Shown here in pieces: positions 10,636 through 17,935 of a stretch of 32,000 nucleotides of DNA. The position numbers and the translations under genes were made by a program. The notes beneath the pieces are model-generated. The model was not told where the DNA came from, did no database searches, and saw nothing but the letters and a program-made list of their open reading frames with translations. Numbering within the stretch: the first letter of the stretch is position 1; each line of letters starts with the position of its first letter. Source of the DNA: Caldimicrobium thiodismutans (GTDB lineage Bacteria > Desulfobacterota > Thermodesulfobacteria > Thermodesulfobacteriales > Thermodesulfobacteriaceae); NCBI RefSeq assembly GCF_001548275.1, contig NZ_AP014945.1:390001-422000 (forward strand), in the 5' to 3' direction.

Positions 10636-10848
10636 TGTATGCGTCCATATCTTTTAGGACTCTATAGGATTTTTTCTACCACTTAGTTGTTGGAAAAGGA
10701 ACCTGTATTTTGTAAAGTCAAACCTCTGTATTTGCCCTCTTTTGGCAAATCTATGTGTTTGCCTGTTAATTAAAATATCCTTCTAAATCTAATTTAGCAC
10801 ATCTCTTAAACATCCAATGTTTAAGAGAGCTTTTTTAGTGCATTATGC
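10636..10848 (+). repeat. Intergenic mosaic element, copy 2 (right boundary uncertain)
   Basis: It starts TGTATGCGTCCATATCTTTTAGGAC. The A module resembles copy 6 (..TATAGGATTTTTTCTACCACT). The B region is at 10730-10763 (ATTTGCC..GGCAAATCTATGTGTTTGCC). Clear homology ends near 10763. A possible degenerate right end is CATTATGCCAAAAAA at 10841-10855. Confidence 0.65.
10802..10836 (+). terminator. Rho-independent-type terminator on the plus strand, with no plus-strand ORF upstream
   Basis: An 11-12 bp perfect stem (CTCTTAAACAT at 10803-10813 pairing with ATGTTTAAGAG at 10817-10827), loop CCA, then AGC and TTTTTT (10831-10836). The minus-strand reading has no downstream T-tract. Confidence 0.6.
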
Positions 10849-10954
10849 CAAAAAATCTAAGATTTGTTCAATCAGGAGACCTGGTTTAAATTTTAAAAAG
10901 AATTAAGTAAGAGTCACAAATTGAAAGATATGCAATTTATAATGAGAGGGATTT

Positions 10955-10973
10955 CCCCCTCATTAAGAGGGGG
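10955..10973 (-). terminator. GC-rich stem-loop downstream of rubrerythrin (candidate terminator)
   Basis: CCCCCTC-ATTAA-GAGGGGG lies about 30 nt after the rbr stop. An alternative pairing with GAGAGGG (10944-10950) is possible. No clear U-tract follows on the minus strand. Confidence 0.35.
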
Positions 10974-11002
10974 CAGTATGTTTATCAAAGAAACTTGAAA
11001 AG

Positions 11003-11503
11003 TTAAAATTTTTTAAATTTTTCACCCGGGACCCCACAAATTGGACATCTTTCTGGTGCTTTACCTACCGCTGTATGTCCACAGGTGGGGCAGATGTAGA
11101 TATCTCCGATATCAAGGTCTCTTCCCATTTTAACGGATTCCTTGGCCTCAGCAAAAAGAGCAGCATGGATCTTTTCAGCCTCAATAGCATAATGAAAGGC
11201 TCTTAAGGCTTGCTTTTCTCCTTGTAATTCAGCTACAGCTTTATAAGCAGGATACATCTCCTCAACCTCAAAGTTTTCCCCTTTAATAGCGGTCTCAAGA
11301 TTATCCAGCGTTCCATTTCCATTTAGGGCTTTCAAGTGGTTTTCAGCATGCACCCTTTCGGCATAAGCAACTGCTCTAAAAAGTCTTGCAATCTGAGGAA
11401 AGCCCTCTGCCTCAGCCTTATCCGCAAAAATCAAGTACTTTACACAGGCCTGAGATTCACCAGCTAAAGCTCCCTTTAAACACTCCTTTGTCATCTCCTT
11501 CAT
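11003..11503 (-). CDS. rbr: Rubrerythrin
   Basis: 166 aa. It has a ferritin-like di-iron domain (E..E..H motifs: YAERVHAENH, AIEAEKIHAALF) and a C-terminal rubredoxin-like CPTCG...CPICG. GGAGG lies 7 nt upstream of the ATG. Confidence 0.95.
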   Translation of the reverse strand: MKEMTKECLKGALAGESQACVKYLIFADKAEAEGFPQIARLFRAVAYAERVHAENHLKALNGNGTLDNLETAIKGENFEVEEMYPAYKAVAELQGEKQALRAFHYAIEAEKIHAALFAEAKESVKMGRDLDIGDIYICPTCGHTAVGKAPERCPICGVPGEKFKKF

Positions 11504-11532
11504 AATTACACCTCCGAATTTAATTTAAAACT

Positions 11533-11560
11533 ATTATAAAAAGAAAATTATTTTTGTCAA
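11533..11560 (-). promoter_or_regulatory. Consensus sigma70-type promoter of rubrerythrin
   Basis: Read on the minus strand: perfect TTGACA (11560-11555), a 16-nt spacer, then perfect TATAAT (11538-11533). The -35 box lies 5 nt from the left terminus of repeat copy 3. Confidence 0.75.
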
Positions 11561-11565
11561 TAGTT

Positions 11566-11816
11566 TGTATGCAGCCATATCTTTTGAGACTTAAAATTTA
11601 CCTCTTTTGGTAGACAAATTGGATTTTTTTAGTAGGGGCAAAACTATGTGTTTGCCCCTTTGTGGCGTTTGCCTGTTATATGTTCCTTTAAGTTATTGGG
11701 CAGACAGACAAAGATTTGGCAGACACGCAAGGGCCTCCCTCTACTCTCCCCTTTCACCTCTCCCCTTTCACCTCTTATCACCCTTTATTTTTCTTGAAAT
11801 AATCAGAACCTATGCG
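11566..11816 (+). repeat. Intergenic mosaic element, copy 3
   Basis: It starts TGTATGCAGCCATATCTTTTGAGAC. The A module is ~88% identical to copy 4 over ~66 nt. The B hairpin is GGGGCAAA..TTTGCCCC (11635-11658), with a second GTTTGCC at 11667-11673. It also has a GGCAGACACGCAAGG module, a CT-rich tail with a perfect 14-nt tandem duplication (11746-11773), and the right end CTTGAAATAATCAGAACCTATGCG. Confidence 0.85.
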
Positions 11817-11904
11817 AAAAGACCACTTTTTCCAAAATAATCTGATAAATCTGACAAAGGAATTCTATACTTTTCAACTAAAACTTGTAAATTTTTTGCT
11901 TCTC

Positions 11905-12654
11905 TTATAATCCTTCTTCTCTATCAGGGACATCAGTGTAAAAGGTTATCTCAAGACTTTTGCAAAAGTTCTTTGCCTCACGATCAAGTATAGGAGAAAT
12001 AATTATCTTTCTTGTGACTTTTTTCCCTTCTTTTTTCTCAAAAAACTTTACCTTTCTCTCAAAAAGCAAAACATCTCCAGGACTAACGGAAGATTTAATC
12101 TCAGCTACAATAAGCTCACCATCTCTAATAATAAGGTCAATTTCAACCCTTTTTCCAGGAAAACCTTCAAAGACCTCACCTTCTAAATCAGTTGTTTCAT
12201 AATGTTCTACCTTAACCCCAAAGGTTTCCTCAAGAAGCCCTTTTACTGCATTGCGAAAGGTTTTTTCTGATTTAATTCCCCATCTTGCCCCGAGGGCACC
12301 AATCTGCACATCCTGTCTCTTTCTTAAGGCAAGGATTTCTTCCATCAGGATTTTATTGCCTTGAGAGAGTTCTTCAAGCTTCTTTGAATGCTCTTTCAGT
12401 ATCTGAGAATGTTCCTCAAGCCTCTTTGAATGTTCTTCCCATCTTTTTTCACTCTCAATTCTTAGGTTCTTAATCTCCTCTAAAAGGGCTTTAATCTCTT
12501 CTTCAGTAGTTTTTTTGTCTGCAAAATTTTCTTTGAAAAGACTTGCTACATAATCCTTAAGAAGGGGATCTTCCTTTAAAAGCTCGGGGAGATCCCGAAT
12601 TAACATTTCCTTTAAAGCTACTTTGGATATGATACTTTTTTTAGCCCTTTGCAT
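11905..12654 (-). CDS. DUF3782-type protein: N-terminal coiled coil + C-terminal PD-(D/E)XK nuclease-like domain
   Basis: 249 aa. It has heptad-like repeats (EEHSKRLEEHSQILKEHSKKLEEL) and a C-terminal D...E-x-K signature (VEIDLIIRDGELIVAEIKSS). The family assignment is from memory of similar multi-copy proteins in thermophiles. Confidence 0.75.
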   Translation of the reverse strand: MQRAKKSIISKVALKEMLIRDLPELLKEDPLLKDYVASLFKENFADKKTTEEEIKALLEEIKNLRIESEKRWEEHSKRLEEHSQILKEHSKKLEELSQGNKILMEEILALRKRQDVQIGALGARWGIKSEKTFRNAVKGLLEETFGVKVEHYETTDLEGEVFEGFPGKRVEIDLIIRDGELIVAEIKSSVSPGDVLLFERKVKFFEKKEGKKVTRKIIISPILDREAKNFCKSLEITFYTDVPDREEGL

Positions 12655-12679
12655 AAAAAATTCCCCCCATTAATTCCTA

Positions 12680-12707
12680 AACTTAAAAGAAAAAGGAAAA
12701 AAAACAA
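12680..12707 (-). promoter_or_regulatory. Weak putative promoter of the DUF3782 gene
   Basis: Read on the minus strand: TTGTTT (12707-12702), a 16-nt spacer, then TAAGTT (12685-12680). The geometry relative to repeat copy 4 matches the other copies (6 nt offset), but both hexamers are poor. Confidence 0.3.
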
Positions 12708-12713
12708 GAGGGT

Positions 12714-12982
12714 TGTATAAGTCCATATCTTTCAAGATTTAAAATTTACCTCTTTTGGTAGATAAATTGGATTTTTTTTATCTTAAACTATAAAACCTTC
12801 CCTGTATAAATATTCTAAAACCTTTGGTAGGGATGAATGATTGTTTATCTCCCTGTCTATCCCAGGCAGATACATTCGACTCCAGTCGAATAATTTTAAT
12901 GGGGCAGACTCGTAAGGACTTCCCATACTCTCCCATCTCACCTTTTACCACCATTTTTCTTGTAAGGATATGAACTTATGCA
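12714..12982 (+). repeat. Intergenic mosaic element, copy 4 (best-preserved terminal inverted repeats)
   Basis: The left end TGTATAAGTCCATATCTTT matches the reverse complement of the right end, TGCATAAGTTCATATCCTT, at 16 of 19 positions. It has a degenerate B module (12828-12853), a private 8-bp hairpin ATTCGACT/AGTCGAAT (12874-12891), and a GGCAGACTCGTAAGG module shared only with copy 3. Confidence 0.88.
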
Positions 12983-12996
12983 GTTAGTCAAAACTT

Positions 12997-13716
12997 TTAA
13001 GAACTCAAAAATTGGGAGAGAAGTTCTGTTAGTTTGATAATTAGCTGTTCAGTAATTATCTTTCCCTTTTCTGGGGTGGCTTTAAGCGGATTTCCCCAGA
13101 TGCCAGAGGCCCAAAAGAGCTTTTTTTCAGGGACAACCTGATATTTAGGAAAGGCTGGATAATCCTCAAAGGCCTTATCAAGGGGCTTTACTAATTCATT
13201 TTTCAGATAAAGTATAAGAGAGGTTTCCCACTCTCCTGCATGGGAATCATTCTCAGGGATCCCCAGTTCTTTTAAAGTATCCTTAAGTAAATTGATAATA
13301 TCTGCTACAAAAAAGCGTGTTTGCGGATATTTTTCTATGAATTGTTCTGCGGTATCAATAATAAAGGCATTGTGCGTCCCTCCAGCATGTCCAGAAAGAA
13401 TGATGAATTTTCTCAATCCCTGACGATAGAAGCTTTCTAAAAGATCAAAGAGCAAGCTTTTAAGGGTTTCACCGCGAAGAGAAAGAGTGCCTGGTATATC
13501 CCGGGTGCTTCTGCAGAGGCCAAAATAGAGAGGAGGAGCAAGAAAGACCTCTATTCTCTTTATTACTCTTTTGCAGATTTCGTAAATAGTGAAAAGGTCT
13601 GTTCCTAAGGGGAGATGGGGCCCGTGGGCCTCAATTGACCCCACTGGAAGAATAACCCCCTTGATCCTTTTAGAGAGCTCTTCAAACTCATAAGAGGTTA
13701 ATTCTTCAATTTGCAT
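12997..13716 (-). CDS. Creatininase-family amidohydrolase
   Basis: 239 aa with the motifs GSIEAHGPHLPLGTD, LSGHAGG and a downstream SHAGEWETS, typical of the creatinine amidohydrolase family. Confidence 0.88.
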   Translation of the reverse strand: MQIEELTSYEFEELSKRIKGVILPVGSIEAHGPHLPLGTDLFTIYEICKRVIKRIEVFLAPPLYFGLCRSTRDIPGTLSLRGETLKSLLFDLLESFYRQGLRKFIILSGHAGGTHNAFIIDTAEQFIEKYPQTRFFVADIINLLKDTLKELGIPENDSHAGEWETSLILYLKNELVKPLDKAFEDYPAFPKYQVVPEKKLFWASGIWGNPLKATPEKGKIITEQLIIKLTELLSQFLSS

Positions 13717-13779
13717 ATTTTTAATATACTGGGAAAACTTGAAAATTGGAAGATAATTTTTAAATTTGAGGATAAAAAG

Positions 13780-16700
13780 ATGAGATTCAAAAGGCTCTCA
13801 GGGGTTAATCCCTCTTTTTTAGGGTATTATTTAGGGGCAGAGAAAGTGCCTGATCTTGATGGATATACTTTGATTGCCCTTTTTCCCAATCAAGAAAGTG
13901 CCAAGGACTTTTTATCTGTTTACAAGGCCTTTTCGCAGAATAGGGCATCTTTTTATCCTGCCTTAGGGATCCCTCCCTTTGCAGAAGTCTTTACCCTCAA
14001 TGAAGAAGAAAGGGAACGCCTTAAGGTCCTGTGGGAGCTTCCTACTTTAAAGGTAATTGCCCTTGAGATCAAAAGTTTTCTCAGAAGAACCATTTCCAGA
14101 GAACAGCTTAAGCTAAATTATCTGTATCTTTTGCCAGGTGAAAAGATTGATCGTGAGACCTTGATTGAAGACATAGTAAGACTTGGTTATGAACGGGTAG
14201 GGGTGGTTAGAAGTAAAGGAGAGTTTACCTCTAAGGGAGCAGTTCTTGATCTCTTTTCTCCTCAGAATGATTATCCCACAAGAATTGAATTTTTTGGAGA
14301 TGAGGTTATAAGCCTTAAAGCCTTTGATCCTGAAACTCAGAGGAGGCTTGGATATCTTGAGGAATTAAGTATCCTTCCCGCAAGGGAACTTTTTTTTCCA
14401 AAGGATTCCCAGCCTCTTTATGAAAAAATCTTAAGCTATAAGGATAAACTTTCTGAAAAAAGAATATCCGAACTTTTGCAAATGGTAGAAAATAAAATAA
14501 TCCTTGAAAATCCTGACTTTCTTCTTCCCCTCCTTTGGGAAGATTTGAAACTTTTGCCTGAAAATCTCGGAGAAAAGATCTGTTTTGTCCTCTTTGAAAG
14601 AGAAAAACTCTTAAAAGAGATGGAAGTTTTTTGGGATAGAATCTATAATTCTGCCAAGAAGGCTAAGGAGAAAGAAAGGCTATTAGTGGCTGAGGAAAAA
14701 CTTTATGCAACTATTGAAGAAGTAACGGCCTTTTTTGATAGATATCCAACTCTTGAGGCCTTTGAGCTTCCTCTGGCTGACAGAGATACCCTTTTATTTC
14801 CTTTGCAGAAATATGAAATTTCCCGGGAAGCTTCCCGGCTTGAACAGGCCTTTAATTTTCTTAAAGAACACCTTTCTGCAGGAAGAGAAATTTTTTTATT
14901 TGTGCAAGATGAAAAAAATTCCAGGGCTATTCTTGATGGTTTAAGATACAGGGGTATTGAGGATTTTGATCATTTGAGCATTCTTACAGGAGACCTCCAA
15001 GATGGTTTCTTTTTTCCAGATAAAGGACTTGTCCTTACCTCAGATTTTGAACTCTTTGGAAAGAGAATTTTTAAAAAAGAGGAAAAACAAGCCTTGAAAC
15101 GGGTCAGGGGCTACTTTAGAAAGTTTGAGGACCTCAAACCCGGTGATTATGTGGTGCATAAGCTTCATGGTATAGGAAGGTTTCAGGGATTGATCTCACT
15201 TAAAGTGGATGGTTTTGAGGGGGAGTTTCTTCAGATTGAATATGAAGGGGGAGACAAACTTTATGTGCCTGTGACCAAACTTGAAGAACTCTATCCCTAT
15301 GTGGGAGTGGAAGAAAAGATTCCCCAATTAGATAAACTGGGGAAAAAGACCTTTCTTAAAAAGAGAAAGGAAGTAGAAAAGAAATTAACTGAGGTGGTTG
15401 AAGAAATCCTGAGGCTCTATGCTGAAAGAAGAACCCTTAAGGGATTTTCTATTCCTGTGGATAATCTCTCCTATGCAGAATTTTCCCAGACCTTCCCCTA
15501 TGAAGAGACCCCGGATCAGCTCTCAGCTATTGAAGAAGTCCTGGAGGATCTTCAAAGTTCAAAGCCAATGGAAAGGCTTGTGGTAGGAGATGTAGGCTTT
15601 GGAAAAACGGAGGTAGCTCTGAGGGCCATTTTTGTTACTGCAAGGGCAGGAAAACAAGTAGCTTGCCTTACTCCCACAACTCTTCTTGCTGAACAACATT
15701 ACCGCAATTTTAAAGAAAGACTGGATTCCTTTGGTATAAAAGTGGGGATTCTCTCACGGTTAAGAAGTGAAGGAGAACAAAGGGCTGTTCTCAAAGCCTT
15801 GCAAGAAGGTGAGATTCAGGTAGTAGTTGGGACCCATAGACTTCTTTCTAAGGATGTCCAGTTCAAAGACCTTGGACTTCTTGTAATTGATGAAGAGCAC
15901 CGCTTTGGAGTAAGGCAAAAGGAGCGTTTAAAACAACTTAAAAAGGCTGTAAAGGTTCTATCTCTTTCAGCTACTCCTATTCCCAGGAGCCTTCAATTAA
16001 GCCTTCTTGGAATTTTTGATCTTTCTTTGATTGAAACACCTCCTTTGGGAAGAAAAAGTATTAAGACCTTTCTTACCCCCTTTGATCCTGAAGTCATAAA
16101 AGCAGGCCTTGAGGAGGAGCTTTCAAGAGGAGGTCAGGTTTATTTCGTTCATCCACGCATTCAGGGTCTTACAAGCCTTGCAAAATTTCTTGAGAAACTT
16201 ATGCCCTCAGCCCATATTGAGATTGTGCACGGTCAGATGGATTCATCTCAACTTGAAAGGGCTATCTTTAATTTTTTAGAGAGGAAGGTAGATATCCTTG
16301 TCTGCACCCCTATCATTGGGAGTGGAATTGATATTCCTTCAGCTAATACTATTTTTATCAATCGGGCAGACATGTTTGGACTTGCGGATATTTATCAACT
16401 TAGAGGAAGGGTAGGGCGGGGACAGGAAACAGCCTATTGTTATCTTCTTGTGCCAGATCTAAAAGGTTTAACAGAAAATGCTCAGAAGAGATTAAAGGCC
16501 CTTATGAAGTTTGTTGAACTTGGCTCAGGTTTTAAACTCTCTTTAAGTGATCTAAAGATAAGAGGTGCAGGGGAGCTTCTCGGAATAAATCAATCAGGAC
16601 ACATCAATAAAGTGGGCTATGAACTCTATCTGGAACTCCTTGAGAACACCATTCGTAGTTTAAAGGGGGAGGAGATTGAGGATTGGGAACCTGAGGTTAA

Positions 16701-17115
16701 TATCAAGGTGCCAGCCTTTATTCCTTCTAAATATGTGCCAGAGACTGAAGAAAGATTGAGTCTCTATAGAGAACTTGTGCTCATTAAGTCCTTTTCAGCA
16801 CTTGAGGATTTTATGGATTTTTTAAAGGATAAGTATGGAGCCCTACCAAAGGAGGCTGAAAATCTTATTAAGATTTATCAATTAAAACTTTATATGAAGA
16901 GCCTAAAAATTTTATCAATTGAGGAAAAGGGAAGAAATCTTCTTTTTTATATTAAAGATCTCTATCTTCTTCCGAAATTTAGAAAGGCTTCTCAGAATGA
17001 AAGTTATCAGCTTTTAAAAGTTAAGGATGAAAAGGAAAGGGCAATTTTAATCTATAAAGTGGACGGACCTTTTCTCGATTCTGCCTTAAAGATTTGTCAG
17101 ACTATTAAGCAGTAG
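13780..17115 (+). CDS. mfd: Transcription-repair coupling factor
   Basis: It has a UvrB-homology N-terminal region, a CarD-like segment (GDYVVHKLHGIGRFQGL), superfamily-2 helicase motifs (GDVGFGKTEVA, DEEHRFG, SATPIPR, QLRGRVGRG) and a TRCF C-terminal domain. I prefer the ATG at 13780, preceded by GAGGA at 13768-13772, over the listed 13711 start. Confidence 0.95.
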   Translation: MRFKRLSGVNPSFLGYYLGAEKVPDLDGYTLIALFPNQESAKDFLSVYKAFSQNRASFYPALGIPPFAEVFTLNEEERERLKVLWELPTLKVIALEIKSFLRRTISREQLKLNYLYLLPGEKIDRETLIEDIVRLGYERVGVVRSKGEFTSKGAVLDLFSPQNDYPTRIEFFGDEVISLKAFDPETQRRLGYLEELSILPARELFFPKDSQPLYEKILSYKDKLSEKRISELLQMVENKIILENPDFLLPLLWEDLKLLPENLGEKICFVLFEREKLLKEMEVFWDRIYNSAKKAKEKERLLVAEEKLYATIEEVTAFFDRYPTLEAFELPLADRDTLLFPLQKYEISREASRLEQAFNFLKEHLSAGREIFLFVQDEKNSRAILDGLRYRGIEDFDHLSILTGDLQDGFFFPDKGLVLTSDFELFGKRIFKKEEKQALKRVRGYFRKFEDLKPGDYVVHKLHGIGRFQGLISLKVDGFEGEFLQIEYEGGDKLYVPVTKLEELYPYVGVEEKIPQLDKLGKKTFLKKRKEVEKKLTEVVEEILRLYAERRTLKGFSIPVDNLSYAEFSQTFPYEETPDQLSAIEEVLEDLQSSKPMERLVVGDVGFGKTEVALRAIFVTARAGKQVACLTPTTLLAEQHYRNFKERLDSFGIKVGILSRLRSEGEQRAVLKALQEGEIQVVVGTHRLLSKDVQFKDLGLLVIDEEHRFGVRQKERLKQLKKAVKVLSLSATPIPRSLQLSLLGIFDLSLIETPPLGRKSIKTFLTPFDPEVIKAGLEEELSRGGQVYFVHPRIQGLTSLAKFLEKLMPSAHIEIVHGQMDSSQLERAIFNFLERKVDILVCTPIIGSGIDIPSANTIFINRADMFGLADIYQLRGRVGRGQETAYCYLLVPDLKGLTENAQKRLKALMKFVELGSGFKLSLSDLKIRGAGELLGINQSGHINKVGYELYLELLENTIRSLKGEEIEDWEPEVNIKVPAFIPSKYVPETEERLSLYRELVLIKSFSALEDFMDFLKDKYGALPKEAENLIKIYQLKLYMKSLKILSIEEKGRNLLFYIKDLYLLPKFRKASQNESYQLLKVKDEKERAILIYKVDGPFLDSALKICQTIKQ

Positions 17116-17935
17116 TTAGAAGATTTCTTAAGGCCTTCCAGAAATCCTCTCTCAATTCTGTTAGATAAGCCATGTGAAAAAAGGTAAATCCATCTTTATA
17201 ATCAAGGTCTCTTAAGTGAACAAAAAGGGCAAATTTGAAAATTTTATCTGAAAATTGGAGATTGTATTTTACATAAAATACTCCAAAATCATCAGAAAGG
17301 TGGATCTGGGTTGGGATTTTAGCAGAAAAACCTCCTTTAGAAAAATCGATAAGTTCTCCTGTGATGAAAGTCTTCTGGATTAATTTTTTGAAATTTTCAT
17401 CTATATTGTGATTAGCATTTAAGACAAGGTCATAGAGATGAATTTCCTCTAAGGTAGGAAAAGCTTCAAGGGTAAAATTGCTTTCTCTTAAAAGTTGATA
17501 TTCAGGATTTTGAATAAATGACTGAACATATTGAGGAGGAATGTAAGAGAAAAAGACATGCACCTTGTTTTTTACAAAAATTCTTTCATATTTTCTGGGA
17601 TCAAGAATTTCTATGTTATAGCCTGTTTCATTTACCTCTCCTACCTTTACTTGAAAGACATATCTTATTTGAGAAAAAGGTAAAATTAAGAGAAGAATCT
17701 CACCTTTTTTTAAATTCGGAAGATCTGGAGTTTTGTGAATAAAAAGAGTTCTATCTGAAAGAACATCAAGTTTAGTTTTGAAAAGATTGCCTCCATAAAG
17801 GAGGAGAAAATTCTTAATTAAATTTGGTAGGTTTTTATAAATATCAGATGGGAGTTTATCTAAGGACATTAATGAAAGATTTTTGACTAAAACCCTTTCT
17901 TTAAGTTTAGCTGAAAGATTGATTTTTTCTTTCAT
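17105..17935 (-). CDS. Hypothetical protein with a possible divergent PilZ (c-di-GMP binding) domain
   Basis: 276 aa. It has an RxxxR-like motif (PRKYERIFV) and a very PilZ-like GELIDFSKGGFSAKI (DxSxxG), but the two are ~85 aa apart rather than ~20-30. The start overlaps the uvrD stop (ATGA). Confidence 0.6.
   Translation of the reverse strand: MKEKINLSAKLKERVLVKNLSLMSLDKLPSDIYKNLPNLIKNFLLLYGGNLFKTKLDVLSDRTLFIHKTPDLPNLKKGEILLLILPFSQIRYVFQVKVGEVNETGYNIEILDPRKYERIFVKNKVHVFFSYIPPQYVQSFIQNPEYQLLRESNFTLEAFPTLEEIHLYDLVLNANHNIDENFKKLIQKTFITGELIDFSKGGFSAKIPTQIHLSDDFGVFYVKYNLQFSDKIFKFALFVHLRDLDYKDGFTFFHMAYLTELREDFWKALRNLLTTA

Noticed and set aside
10566-10700. Possible SAM or SAH riboswitch in front of metK / ahcY
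   Set aside because: With the predicted promoter the metK leader is only ~35 nt. The sequence upstream belongs to the dispersed repeat, and I could not find SAM-I, SAM-II or SAH core motifs. The ahcY-metK gap is 12 nt.
10921-10945. AAAGATATGCAATTTATAAT as a possible inverted solo terminus (true right end) of element copy 2
   Set aside because: Only ~10-13 positions match the terminus consensus, and only after allowing a gap. This is too weak in AT-rich DNA, so I left the right boundary of copy 2 as uncertain.
13711-13779. The listed mfd start at 13711, overlapping the divergent creatininase-family gene start
   Set aside because: The first 23 residues have no Mfd counterpart. An ATG at 13780 has a GAGGA SD at 13768-13772 and leaves a normal divergent promoter gap.
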